Shown here: positions 9,324-18,550 of the stretch, piece by piece
Position numbering within the stretch: the stretch's first letter is position 1
How the letters are laid out: the number at the start of each line of letters is the position of its first letter
From: Deferribacterales bacterium
GTDB taxonomy: Bacteria; Chrysiogenota; Deferribacteres; Deferribacterales; Geovibrionaceae
NCBI GenBank assembly: GCA_050253335.1
Contig: JBFWJG010000042.1
Location: 1-20,094, forward strand
DNA length: 20,094 bases
Reading direction: 5' to 3'
Notes under the pieces: generated by a model
Databases searched by the model: none
What the model saw: the letters and a program-made list of their open reading frames with translations, nothing else
What the model was told of the DNA's origin: nothing
Position numbers and translations under genes: made by a program

Positions 9324-9977
9324 ATGGCTAAACAGGAATTAACCAAGCAGATCACTCCCGCTGACGCGGTAAGCAGAAAAGTAAGCGAAGCTGCAACCTT
9401 CGCCGAAACAGTCATCAAAGACACAACGGCTAATCCCGCCCCCCTCGGACTCATGGGCTTCGGACTCACAACAATTCTTCTCAACCTGCACAACATAGGC
9501 CTCTTCGGGCTGGGCAGCATGATCCTTTCCATGGGGATTTTCTACGGCGGCATAGCGCAGATCATCGCAGGCATGATGGAGTGGAAAAAGAAAAACACCT
9601 TCGGAACAGTGGCCTTCATCTCATACGGCTTCTTCTGGATTACCCTTGTGGGGCTCATAGTTTTCCCCAAATTCGGCTTTGCCGAGGCTCCCGATGCGAC
9701 AGCAATGGCCTCTTTCCTTTTCTTCTGGGGCTTCTTCACACTGATACTGTTCATGGGAACTTTCAAAATGAACTACACTATGGTAGCTATCTTCGGTTCT
9801 CTTACTGTTCTCTTCTTCCTTCTGGCAGTGGGCGACATGACAGGCAGCCACACAATCAAAGTTATAGCCGGATATGAAGGCGTTCTCTGCGGAGCTCTTG
9901 CCATATACGCCGGAGCGGCTCAGATACTCAATGAAATATACGGACGCGAAGTTCTCCCCTTAGGGTCTTTCGAGTAA
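9324..9977 (+). CDS. satP: Acetate/succinate uptake transporter, GPR1/FUN34/YaaH (SatP) family, copy 1
   Basis: Family signature [28 protein letters not shown] and about six hydrophobic segments. GGAGGT SD. Confidence 0.93.
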   Translation: MAKQELTKQITPADAVSRKVSEAATFAETVIKDTTANPAPLGLMGFGLTTILLNLHNIGLFGLGSMILSMGIFYGGIAQIIAGMMEWKKKNTFGTVAFISYGFFWITLVGLIVFPKFGFAEAPDATAMASFLFFWGFFTLILFMGTFKMNYTMVAIFGSLTVLFFLLAVGDMTGSHTIKVIAGYEGVLCGALAIYAGAAQILNEIYGREVLPLGSFE

Positions 9978-9981
9978 TACA

Positions 9982-10788
9982 ATGAACTACACGAGACTGG
10001 AAACCGGTCCTCTCTCCTTTGCAGCATGGACAGTATGCATCCGCAGAGGAAAAGGCACTGTGACCGATTTTGACGGGAACAGCGTTGCGGATTTCAGCGT
10101 AACCGACGACGGCGGAATCGTGCTTGAGCACGGCTCCGCCAAATACGCCGACATGGCGCTCATCGCCCTGCGCACCTATGTGCGGGAACGCGCCGTGTCA
10201 GCTCTTATTCAGGAAGAAACCGCAATAAGAGACACCACGGCGAATCCTGCCCCCCTCGGGCTCATGGGTTTCGGACTCACCACAATTCTTCTTAACCTCC
10301 ACAACATAGGTCTTTTCGGCATGGGAAGCATGATTATCGCCATGGGGCTTTTCTACGGCGGAGCGGCTCAGATCATCGCCGGAATTATGGAGTGGAAAAA
10401 GAAAAATACCTTCGGGACAGTGGCATTCATATCCTACGGCTTCTTCTGGATGACTCTGGTGGGGATGCTCATTTTCCCCAGATTCGGCCTTGCCGAAGCT
10501 CCGGATACAAACGCTCTGGCCTCATTCCTTTTTTTCTGGGGCTTTTTTACACTCATACTCTTTGTGGGCACTTTCAGGATAAGCCGTGCCCTCACTGTTG
10601 TTTTCTTTCTGCTGACCCTGCTTTTCTTCATGCTGGGGGCGGCGGATATGCTTGAAAGCCCTGCCCTGAAAACAGCCGCAGGCTTTGTTGGCATCTTATG
10701 CGGCCTTTCCGCAGTTTACACCGGAGCGGCTCAGATACTGGGCGAGATATACAGAAAAGAGATTCTCCCTCTGGGTGAATTTAAATAG
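9982..10788 (+). CDS. satP: SatP/YaaH-family transporter, copy 2, with an ~80-aa N-terminal soluble extension
   Basis: Same [11 protein letters not shown] signature from about residue 87, and long peptide blocks identical to copy 1. ATG lies 4 nt after the copy-1 stop. Start position uncertain. Confidence 0.88.
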   Translation: MNYTRLETGPLSFAAWTVCIRRGKGTVTDFDGNSVADFSVTDDGGIVLEHGSAKYADMALIALRTYVRERAVSALIQEETAIRDTTANPAPLGLMGFGLTTILLNLHNIGLFGMGSMIIAMGLFYGGAAQIIAGIMEWKKKNTFGTVAFISYGFFWMTLVGMLIFPRFGLAEAPDTNALASFLFFWGFFTLILFVGTFRISRALTVVFFLLTLLFFMLGAADMLESPALKTAAGFVGILCGLSAVYTGAAQILGEIYRKEILPLGEFK

Positions 10789-10892
10789 AATAGGTTTAAA
10801 ATTTTTTTGATAATTTAATGAATCTTTTGCGGCGGGGGCTGTCCTACCATTATACAAAGAAGACATAATCTTCCGTGTTAACCCCTTGCACG

Positions 10893-10923
10893 AAAAAAGC
10901 CGCCCTGCGCCGGGCGGCTTTTT
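10893..10923. terminator. Bidirectional intrinsic terminator between the convergent satP2 and response regulator genes
   Basis: AAAAAA-GCCGCCC-TGCGCC-GGGCGGC-TTTTT. Confidence 0.85.
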
Positions 10924-10928
10924 GCATT

Positions 10929-11279
10929 TTATATGTAGTCGTTTATTTTTTTAAGAATAACTTCGGGCTTCTTGGTTTTGGTAAGGTACTCATCCGCATA
11001 GAGGGAGGAAAAGTTTCTTTTGTACTGCTCATAAGCTGTCAGCAGAAAAACAGGAAGCTTTTCGTTAGCCTCCTTCACCTCTTTCAGTATGTCCAGCCCG
11101 CTCTTGCCGGGCATGTTGACATCAAGCAGAACAAGATCCGGCAGACCGGCGCTGAGGGCGGCCAGAGCCTGTTCCCCGTCCATCGCAACCTGAACTTCGT
11201 ATCCGCTGTTTTCCAGCAGTTCACTGTAGTATTGAATAATACCCTTGTCATCATCCACAAGCAGTATTTTTTTAGTCAT
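10929..11279 (-). CDS. Single-domain (CheY-like) response regulator
   Basis: KILLVDDD, phosphoacceptor in LLDVNMP, LLTA, YLTK. Start at ATG 11279 with GGAGGA SD at 11284-11289, overlapping the kinase by 8 nt. 116 aa. Confidence 0.93.
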   Translation of the reverse strand: MTKKILLVDDDKGIIQYYSELLENSGYEVQVAMDGEQALAALSAGLPDLVLLDVNMPGKSGLDILKEVKEANEKLPVFLLTAYEQYKRNFSSLYADEYLTKTKKPEVILKKINDYI

Positions 11280-12738
11280 CAAGTCCTCCGGTCTTCGGCA
11301 GAATAAGTGAAAAAACCGCCCCTGTGCCGTCATTGGTAACGGTTATCTGTCCGCCGTGAGCTGTCATAATTTTTTTGGACAGGGAGAGCCCCAGCCCCGT
11401 GCCGTCCTGCTTGCTTGAGTGAAAAGGCTCGAAAATCTTTTCCATCTCGCTTTCAGGCACGCCGCCTCCCGTGTCTTTTATATAAAGTATAATCGTTTCC
11501 GAACTTTCTTCAGCACTTATTTTTAAGTCGCCGCCACTCGGCATTACCTGAATAGCATTTATGATAACATTTATCAACACCTGAATGAGCCTGTTTTTAT
11601 CAGCACAGACAGTTATTTCAGGATCCACAGACTTGCTGACGTGGATCATCCCGATGCTTATATTTTCAGACAGCAGTTTAAGGGTCTCGTTCACAATTTT
11701 ATCAAGCTGGAGCTTCTCAATCCGGAGATCCACGTTTTTGGAATAGTCAAGAATTTCGGTCACAAGGTTCTCAAGCCTTGTAACCTCAGACTGAATCATC
11801 GCAATGTAGTTGTCCATACGGGGATCAACCCCGAAGGCCGCCAGTCTTTTGGCGAATCCGCCTATGGCGACAAGAGGGTTTTTAAGCTCATGGGCGACAG
11901 TGGCCGCCAGCATCCCCATTTTCACAAGGTCTTTGGAAACATAGTCAACCTTCTCGAAATCTTCCTCATAGGTCTTGAGGCGGATCAGCTCGCCCCGCAT
12001 ATTGGCGTTGCTGATCGCTATGGAGCATAGGTTTGAGTAAAACTGGAGCACCGCCGCGGATTTCGGAGAATATTTCTTCCCCGCGGCTATAACTATCCCG
12101 ACTGCGTTTCCGTCCATGCCCATAAGCGGACAGGCGTAGGCCTTCCCTTTCAGGCAGTCCTGCATCCCCCGCCAGTCTTCTATTTTGTCCAGATCGATCA
12201 TTGCGCATCTTCCGAAGTACATGACATCGGAAAGCGGGCTTTTTCCGGTAAATCTTATTTTTCTGCTGCGGAAGCGTATCCCCTTCCCTTCTTTTTCTCC
12301 GCCGTTTCCTGCATACACAAGCCCGCGGAGTTCCAGAAGAATCTCGTTAAGGAGGAAGACTCCGGCCGAATCGAACGAAGGTGTGGAAACAATGAGCCGC
12401 ACAAGCTCATTGAGAACATTGTCTATGCTTTCGCCGCTGACTATGCTCCCCAGAAGATCAGCACGCTTTGCGCACTCAGCGGGAAAGCTTTCCTTGAGTG
12501 TCAGACAGTAGACCCCTGCCGCGTCCGCAAGTATTCCCCGGGCTTTCGCGCCTTTTGCTGCGCCCCTGTAGGACACTGAGCAGGTGAAGCCGTCACCTTC
12601 CGCCTCAAGAAGCCTTTCCCCCTCAGGTATACTGCCGCAAAGCATGCGGGTCTTACCTGCCAGAGTAATTCTGCATGAAGCTACGCTGATGTTCAGAGAG
12701 TTTTCAATAAGACGGATAAAGCGGGCATCCGGTGTCAT
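11272..12738 (-). CDS. Cytoplasmic sensor histidine kinase (probable GAF + HisKA + HATPase)
   Basis: H-box AHELKNPL, N-box QVLINVIINA, G1 DTGGG, F-box IFEPF, G2 GTGLGL. GAF-like segment (ACPL....AVGIV). No obvious transmembrane helix. Confidence 0.92.
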   Translation of the reverse strand: MTPDARFIRLIENSLNISVASCRITLAGKTRMLCGSIPEGERLLEAEGDGFTCSVSYRGAAKGAKARGILADAAGVYCLTLKESFPAECAKRADLLGSIVSGESIDNVLNELVRLIVSTPSFDSAGVFLLNEILLELRGLVYAGNGGEKEGKGIRFRSRKIRFTGKSPLSDVMYFGRCAMIDLDKIEDWRGMQDCLKGKAYACPLMGMDGNAVGIVIAAGKKYSPKSAAVLQFYSNLCSIAISNANMRGELIRLKTYEEDFEKVDYVSKDLVKMGMLAATVAHELKNPLVAIGGFAKRLAAFGVDPRMDNYIAMIQSEVTRLENLVTEILDYSKNVDLRIEKLQLDKIVNETLKLLSENISIGMIHVSKSVDPEITVCADKNRLIQVLINVIINAIQVMPSGGDLKISAEESSETIILYIKDTGGGVPESEMEKIFEPFHSSKQDGTGLGLSLSKKIMTAHGGQITVTNDGTGAVFSLILPKTGGLDD

Positions 12739-12771
12739 AAAGCACGACCTGAGTTATTGTAGATTTATGAG

Positions 12772-12796
12772 AAAAAAGGGGGCGCAAAGCCCCCCT
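12772..12796 (-). terminator. Intrinsic terminator after ppdK
   Basis: Minus strand GGGGGC-TTTGC-GCCCCC-TTTTTT, about 12 nt after the ppdK stop. Confidence 0.75.
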
Positions 12797-12807
12797 GAAA
12801 AATTTTA

Positions 12808-15432
12808 TTAACCTTTGAGAACAGCGTGAGCCGCGGCAAGCCTCGCCACAGGAACCCTGTAGGGAGAACAGCTTACATAGTTAAGCCCCGCCTTCTGGCA
12901 GAAGGTGATGGAATCGGGATCACCGCCGTGTTCACCGCAGATTCCGGTTTTAAGCTCTTTTCTGACCGAGCGCCCTTTGGCGACGCCCATCTCCACAAGC
13001 TGACCTACGCCTGACTGGTCTATGGAGACAAAGGGGTCCTCCCTGAAGATTCCTTTCTCCACATACTGGGGCAGGAATTTGCCCGCGTCGTCACGGCTTA
13101 TGCCGAGGGTGGTCTGCGTGAGGTCGTTCGTTCCGAAAGAGAAGAACTGGGCATGGGCGGCTATCTCGTCCGCAGTGAGGGCGGCTCTGGGAAGCTCAAT
13201 CATTGTTCCCACGAGGTAGTCTACCTTGACGCCTGTTTTCTCCATGACCTCGGCGGCCACGTTGTCCACAAGCTCTTTCAGTTCCTCAAGCTCTTTATAA
13301 TGCCCAACAAGGGGTATCATCACTTCGGGGATTACGTTCGCTCCCTCTTTTTTCAGTTTGCACGCGGCCTCGAATATGGCGTATGCCTGCATTTCGTATA
13401 TTTCAGGGAAGGTGACAGCAAGACGGCATCCGCGGTGACCGAGCATGGGGTTGAACTCATGCAGTTCCTGTGCCTTTCTCTTCAGCGCATCGAAAGATAT
13501 GCCCGAAGCCTTGGAAACCTTCTCCACATCCTCGTCAGTGTGGGGAATGAACTCATGCAGGGGGGGATCAAGGAGCCTGATGGTGACAGGCAGTCCTTCC
13601 ATGACCTTGAACAGCCCTTCGAAGTCCTCCCTCTGGTAAGGTTTGACTTTTTCGAGAGCTTTTTTGCGTCCGTCAACGTCATAAGCGAGAATCATCTCAC
13701 GCACCGCGTCTATCCTGTCGCCGTCGAAGAACATGTGCTCCGTGCGGCAGAGGCCTATGCCTTCCGCTCCGAAATCGCGGGCAACCTGAGCGTCATGGGG
13801 AGTATCGGCGTTTGTTCTCACGCCGAGGGTGCGGAACTCGTCCGCCCATGTGAGGATCTCAGCGAACTCTCCGGAGAGTGAAGGCTCAATCAGCTCGACC
13901 TGACCGAGAATGACTTCTCCTGTGGAACCGTTTATCGTGATATAGTCGCCTTCTTTGATAAGGTGTCCGCCAACGGTAAACTTTCTGCCTTTGTCATCTA
14001 TGTTGATTGAACCGCAGCCCGCAACGCAGCATTTGCCCATTCCTCTGGCCACAACGGCCGCATGGCTCGTCATGCCCCCTGTGGCGGTGAGAATTCCCTG
14101 AGCGGCGTGCATTCCGCCTATGTCCTCAGGAGAAGTTTCCTTTCTCACAAGGATAACGTGCTCGCCTCTCTGCGCCCAGCTTTCCGCCTCTTCCGCGGTG
14201 AAAACAGCTTTTCCCACGGCAGCGCCGGGTGAAGCAGGCAGGCCTTTAGCCACTGCGTCATATGACGACTTGGGGTCAATCATAGGGTGCAGAAGCTGGT
14301 CAACCTGCTGGGGAGCCACACGGAGAACCGCTGTCTTCTTGTCGATAAGCCCTTCCTTGAACATGTCATAGGCTATCTTGACGGCGGCTTTCGCTGTGCG
14401 TTTTCCCGAACGGGTCTGAAGCATGTAAAGCTTGTTCTTTTCTATGGTGAACTCGATATCCTGAACATCCTTGTAGTGCTTCTCAAGGGTCTGGTAAACC
14501 TTTTCAAGCTGAGCAAACGCATCAGGCATGATGTCTTTAAGCTCGATGATCGGGTTCGGGGTTCTTATCCCCGCGACAACATCCTCGCCCTGAGCGTTTA
14601 TGAGGAATTCGCCGAAGAACTCCTTATCTCCGGTGGAGGGGTTTCTCGTGAAGGCGACACCCGTTCCGCAGTCGTCACCCATGTTGCCGAAAACCATCGC
14701 CTGAACATTGACTCCGGTTCCCCACTCATGGGGTATCTTGTTTATTTTTCTGTATGTTTTCGCTCTCTGGTTGTTCCATGACTCAAACACAGCGTTAACG
14801 GCCAGTCTGAGCTGCTCTTTGGGATCCTGAGGGAAGTTTCTTCCTGTCTCCGTTGAAACAACATCCTTATACTGCTCAACAAGCTTAATCAGATCGGCAG
14901 CGTCCAGCTTTGTGTCCTCATCAACGTTCTTGGCTTTTTTCAGGTCGGTCAGCAGTTTTTCAAACTTGCCGTGCCCAACGCCGAGAACAACATCCCCGAA
15001 CATCTGGATAAACCTTCTGTAGGAGTCATATGCGAAGCGTTCGTTTCCGGAAGAGGACGCAAGCCCTTTCACTGTTTCATCATTAAGGCCGAGGTTAAGG
15101 ACAGTGTCCATCATACCGGGCATGGAAACCCTTGCGCCGGAGCGGACAGAAACAAGCAGAGGCGATGAAATATCGCCGAATTTTTTACCCACTGCCGCCT
15201 CAAGCTTGCCCATGGCCTCAAGCATCTGATCAGAGAGACCGTCAGGGTACTTCTGATTATTGGAGTAGTATTCAACGCAGGCTTCCGTTGTGATTGTGAA
15301 GCCGGGAGGAACAGGTATGGAGATATTCGTCATCTCGGCAAGTCCGGCGCCTTTTCCGCCGAGAAGCTCCTTGTCGGTACCTTTGCCTTCGGCTTTTCCG
15401 TTGCCGAAGAAATACACCCATTTTTTAGACAT
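12808..15432 (-). CDS. ppdK: Pyruvate, phosphate dikinase
   Basis: 874 aa. LLGGKGAGL, PLLVSVRSG, phospho-His motif GGMTSHAAVVAR, SFGTNDLTQ, GICGEHGG. Confidence 0.98.
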   Translation of the reverse strand: MSKKWVYFFGNGKAEGKGTDKELLGGKGAGLAEMTNISIPVPPGFTITTEACVEYYSNNQKYPDGLSDQMLEAMGKLEAAVGKKFGDISSPLLVSVRSGARVSMPGMMDTVLNLGLNDETVKGLASSSGNERFAYDSYRRFIQMFGDVVLGVGHGKFEKLLTDLKKAKNVDEDTKLDAADLIKLVEQYKDVVSTETGRNFPQDPKEQLRLAVNAVFESWNNQRAKTYRKINKIPHEWGTGVNVQAMVFGNMGDDCGTGVAFTRNPSTGDKEFFGEFLINAQGEDVVAGIRTPNPIIELKDIMPDAFAQLEKVYQTLEKHYKDVQDIEFTIEKNKLYMLQTRSGKRTAKAAVKIAYDMFKEGLIDKKTAVLRVAPQQVDQLLHPMIDPKSSYDAVAKGLPASPGAAVGKAVFTAEEAESWAQRGEHVILVRKETSPEDIGGMHAAQGILTATGGMTSHAAVVARGMGKCCVAGCGSINIDDKGRKFTVGGHLIKEGDYITINGSTGEVILGQVELIEPSLSGEFAEILTWADEFRTLGVRTNADTPHDAQVARDFGAEGIGLCRTEHMFFDGDRIDAVREMILAYDVDGRKKALEKVKPYQREDFEGLFKVMEGLPVTIRLLDPPLHEFIPHTDEDVEKVSKASGISFDALKRKAQELHEFNPMLGHRGCRLAVTFPEIYEMQAYAIFEAACKLKKEGANVIPEVMIPLVGHYKELEELKELVDNVAAEVMEKTGVKVDYLVGTMIELPRAALTADEIAAHAQFFSFGTNDLTQTTLGISRDDAGKFLPQYVEKGIFREDPFVSIDQSGVGQLVEMGVAKGRSVRKELKTGICGEHGGDPDSITFCQKAGLNYVSCSPYRVPVARLAAAHAVLKG

Positions 15433-15457
15433 TTACTAACCCCCAGTATATTGTGGT

Positions 15458-17521
15458 TTAAGCTAATTTTGAAAGGTCTCCGGCCAGTCCGAAAATGTTT
15501 CTCAGTCCGGCGAGGAGGCTCAGCCTGTTGTTTTTCACCTTTTCGTCTTCGACCATTACCATAACGGCCTCGAAAAAGGCGTCCACAGGCTTGCTGAAAG
15601 CCATGAGCCCGCTTAACGCAGTCTCAAAGTCTTCCTTATTCACAAGCTCCGCTGTCGCCTGCTTCTTCTCAGCAAGGAGATCAGCGAGGACTTTTTCTTC
15701 CTCTTTCTCAAAAAGGGCGGGATTAACGGCGTCTGTGTTCCATTCCTGTTTCTTCAAAATGTTGTTTATGCGTTTATAACCCTGGGAGATCACGCCGAAT
15801 TCTGCGCTGCCTCTGTATTTGGCAAGCGCACGGGCGCACTTTTCAAGCGTGATCACATCAGCGGAAAGTCCTGCTGCCGCATCGAAGCATTCACCGTCAA
15901 CCCCTTCGCTGACGAGAAGCTGTTTAAGCCTCTGGAGAATAAACTCCCTGACTGAGGCGGCTGTTTTTTCCGCATCAAACCTGACCGCGTCCGCAAGAAC
16001 GGAAAGGCTCTTTTCTATGAGCCCGTCAAGGTCAAGCCTGTAACCCTTGGTTCTTATAATTTGTAAAATGCCTATGGTGCTGCGGCGCAGGGCGTAGGGG
16101 TCGTTGCTTCCGCTGGGGATAAGTCCTATGGCGAAACATCCGCAGACTGTGTCCAGCTTGTCCGCCATGGAAACGAACGCACCTTCGGCGGTTTCGGGCA
16201 GCCTGTCTCCGGCGAAGCGGGGCAGATAATGCTCAAATATCGCCTGAACAACGTTTGCGTTCTCTTTCTGGAGCGCGGCGTATTCTCTACCCATTATACC
16301 CTGAAGCTCGGGGAACTCGTACACCATTTCGCTGAGAAGGTCAGCCTTGCAGAGATAGGCGGCTCTGTCCGTTGTTTCCTTCGCCTGTTTGTTCAGCTTT
16401 TCGGCGAGATAAGCGGCAACTGCCCTGAAACGCTCCATTTTGGCATAGGAAGTGCCGAGCTTCTCCTGATAAACAACCTTTCTGAGTTCCTCTGTTCTCT
16501 GGGCGAGGGGAACATTTATGTCGTTTTCATAGAAGAACTTGGCATCCGTAAGCCTTGCCCTCAGAACCCTTTCGTACCCTTTGCGGATAAGCTCCGTGCT
16601 CTGGGGCTCTGTGTTTGATATGCCTATGAAATAGTTAAGCAGTTTGCCGTTTTTATCGTTTACATAGAAGTATTTCTGATGGTTTTTCATGGAAGTGATA
16701 AGCACTTCGGGGGGGAGCTTGAGGAAATCCTCCGAAAAACTGCCGAGAACCGCCACAGGAGCCTCAACAAGATTGCTCACTGTGTCAAGGAGATCGGCAT
16801 CCACATCCACACGGAAGCCGTGTTTCTCTTCAAGGGCTTTTATCTGTATCATTATCTGTTCTTTACGGCTTTCCGTGTTAACTGTGACACGGGCATCGGC
16901 AAGGGCTTTCACATAGCTGTCATAGTCCTTAACCTCAAAGCGCGAGGGGCACATGATTCTGTGTCCGTATGTGAAGCGGTCTGCCTGAATGCCGTCTATC
17001 TCGAAGGGAAGAACCTCTCCGCCGAAGAGGGAGATGAACCAGTGAACAGGGCGGGCGAAGCGGAAGTCTGTGCTTCCCCAACGCATGGATTTCTGAAAGG
17101 GTATCGACTTTATTATGCGGGGAACAAGATCTTTAAGCACCTCAGCGGTTTCGACCCCTATGGATTTTTTTACCCCTGAGATATATTCGCCTTTGTCGGT
17201 CTTGGTGCGTTTAAGGTCTTCTGTCTTAATGCCTTTTGAGGCGGCGAACCCCTGTCCGGCTTTGGTGAGGTTTCCGTCAGCATCGTAGGCTATGGAAGCG
17301 GGGGGGCCCATGATGAATTCTTCCGAGTCCGCCTGTTTTTCCGCTATGCCCGTGACATAAACATACATCCTGCGGGGTGTTCCGTCCGTTTTGACCCCTG
17401 CGTACGCTATGTTGTTTTCTTTAAGCTGTTTTTCAAACTCACTTTTAAGAAAATCACAGGATTTGCCTATAAACCCTGCGGGAATCTCCTCACTGCCTAT
17501 TTCGAGAAAATAGTAAGACAT
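15458..17521 (-). CDS. glyS: Glycine--tRNA ligase beta subunit
   Basis: 687 aa. LEIGSEEIP, TPRR, KSMRW, FARPV, KADL...MV.EFPELQG, EHYLPR, GS.DPYALRR, NNRL.LL. Confidence 0.97.
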   Translation of the reverse strand: MSYYFLEIGSEEIPAGFIGKSCDFLKSEFEKQLKENNIAYAGVKTDGTPRRMYVYVTGIAEKQADSEEFIMGPPASIAYDADGNLTKAGQGFAASKGIKTEDLKRTKTDKGEYISGVKKSIGVETAEVLKDLVPRIIKSIPFQKSMRWGSTDFRFARPVHWFISLFGGEVLPFEIDGIQADRFTYGHRIMCPSRFEVKDYDSYVKALADARVTVNTESRKEQIMIQIKALEEKHGFRVDVDADLLDTVSNLVEAPVAVLGSFSEDFLKLPPEVLITSMKNHQKYFYVNDKNGKLLNYFIGISNTEPQSTELIRKGYERVLRARLTDAKFFYENDINVPLAQRTEELRKVVYQEKLGTSYAKMERFRAVAAYLAEKLNKQAKETTDRAAYLCKADLLSEMVYEFPELQGIMGREYAALQKENANVVQAIFEHYLPRFAGDRLPETAEGAFVSMADKLDTVCGCFAIGLIPSGSNDPYALRRSTIGILQIIRTKGYRLDLDGLIEKSLSVLADAVRFDAEKTAASVREFILQRLKQLLVSEGVDGECFDAAAGLSADVITLEKCARALAKYRGSAEFGVISQGYKRINNILKKQEWNTDAVNPALFEKEEEKVLADLLAEKKQATAELVNKEDFETALSGLMAFSKPVDAFFEAVMVMVEDEKVKNNRLSLLAGLRNIFGLAGDLSKLA

Positions 17522-17585
17522 TCTTCACCCTTTAAGTACCGATTTATTTTAATATCCAATTTATCATTTTTCAGACAATCCAACC

Positions 17586-17614
17586 TTTATATAACTTAGG
17601 AAAGGGCTTTTCAA
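17586..17614 (-). promoter_or_regulatory. sigma70-type promoter of glyS-ppdK
   Basis: TTGAAA (17614-17609), 17-nt spacer, TATAAA (17591-17586). Confidence 0.6.
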
Positions 17615-17800
17615 GCAAATAATCCGCTTTTTTTGGCGTATGTGAAGCTGTTTGAAGAATAAAACATGGAATGAGTGTTTTCAGGAAGAATTAATTTACG
17701 GGAAAGTATTTAAGCAGATTGACACAGAAGAGCAGACGGGCTCACATCCGCCCCGCGGCAAAGGCAATGAGAAAATCCGGAGATACGTGATTAATACTAT

Positions 17801-17834
17801 AAATCTCCCCCTGCCCCTCTTTAGGAAAGAGGGG
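17801..17834. repeat. REP-like palindrome
   Basis: AAATCTCCCCCTG-CCCCTCTTT-AGG-AAAGAGGGG: a perfect 9-bp stem preceded by a C-rich tail. Confidence 0.5.
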
Positions 17835-17869
17835 TGTTTTGTCCTTGTATGCAACAACTTATCTCTTTG

Positions 17870-17943
17870 CGTGCGGAGCGGAGACGAACGCAAGTTCGGC
17901 GCGAGGGTGTACGCTGAGCGGACAGGGATGTACCGCTCAGCGT
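17870..17943 (+). repeat. Structured element, copy 1 (two hairpins, terminal GGA-loop hairpin)
   Basis: CGTGCGGAGCG..CGAAC-GCAA-GTTCG..GCGCGAG..ACGCTGAGCGG-ACAGGGATGTA-CCGCTCAGCGT. Homologous to 19966-20034 on the minus strand. Confidence 0.75.
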
Positions 17944-17950
17944 TAGTAGG

Positions 17951-18550
17951 TCAAAATCTGTAAGGCAGTGATTCCTCAAGCTTCGCCGTCTGCTCCCTGC
18001 CTGCGAGAAGCTGTGCGAGAGAGTCATATGTGCAGTCGAGAAAAGCCTTTCTTGCGCCGTCCTTTATGCCGACGCTGTATGTTTTGCCCCCTGCGGTGAG
18101 CGTTCTGCCTTCCACGTCAAGCACAAACTCTGTCTTGGGCTCTTTCTTCACCAGTGCGATAAGCTCCGCCCTTTCGGCATCGGGAAGAGTTATGCAGACT
18201 ATGCCCAGCGTGGTTGAGTTGCCGAAGAATATCTCGGCGTAGCTTCCGGCTATTATTACATCATAACCCGCGCGGATGATTGCCTGCGGAGCGTGTTCAC
18301 GGGATGAGCCGCAGCCGAAGTTGTTTCCGCTTATTATAAATCTTGCGCCTCTGTATTCGGGAGCATCCACCGGATGTCCGAGAGGTTTGCCCCCTTCGCC
18401 GAAGCGTTCGTCAAAGAAGAGCGCAAGCCCCAGTCCGTCAAAAGTGACGCACTTGAGGTATCTGGCGGGGATAATTCTGTCCGTGTCTATATCATCTCCG
18501 GGAACGGGAACAGCCGTGCCCTTTACCTGTTTTATCGCTTCAAGCTTCAT
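17951..18550 (-). CDS. leuD: 3-isopropylmalate dehydratase small subunit
   Basis: [38 protein letters not shown] overlap with leuC. Confidence 0.96.
   Translation of the reverse strand: MKLEAIKQVKGTAVPVPGDDIDTDRIIPARYLKCVTFDGLGLALFFDERFGEGGKPLGHPVDAPEYRGARFIISGNNFGCGSSREHAPQAIIRAGYDVIIAGSYAEIFFGNSTTLGIVCITLPDAERAELIALVKKEPKTEFVLDVEGRTLTAGGKTYSVGIKDGARKAFLDCTYDSLAQLLAGREQTAKLEESLPYRF

Noticed and set aside
9767..9992. 12-bp repeat AATGAACTACAC inside satP1 and at the satP2 start
   Set aside because: No similarity extends beyond it, so it is treated as coincidence.
17901..17937. T-box riboswitch for glyS or leuCD (GAGGGTGTACGC resembles the T-box core)
   Set aside because: Wrong strand for both genes, lacks the UGGNACC bulge, and no specifier stem or terminator is visible.
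17652..17963. 103-aa ORF (+) and overlapping 65- and 68-aa ORFs (-) in the glyS-leuD gap
   Set aside because: They run through palindromic repeats, have no convincing SD and show no recognisable protein features.
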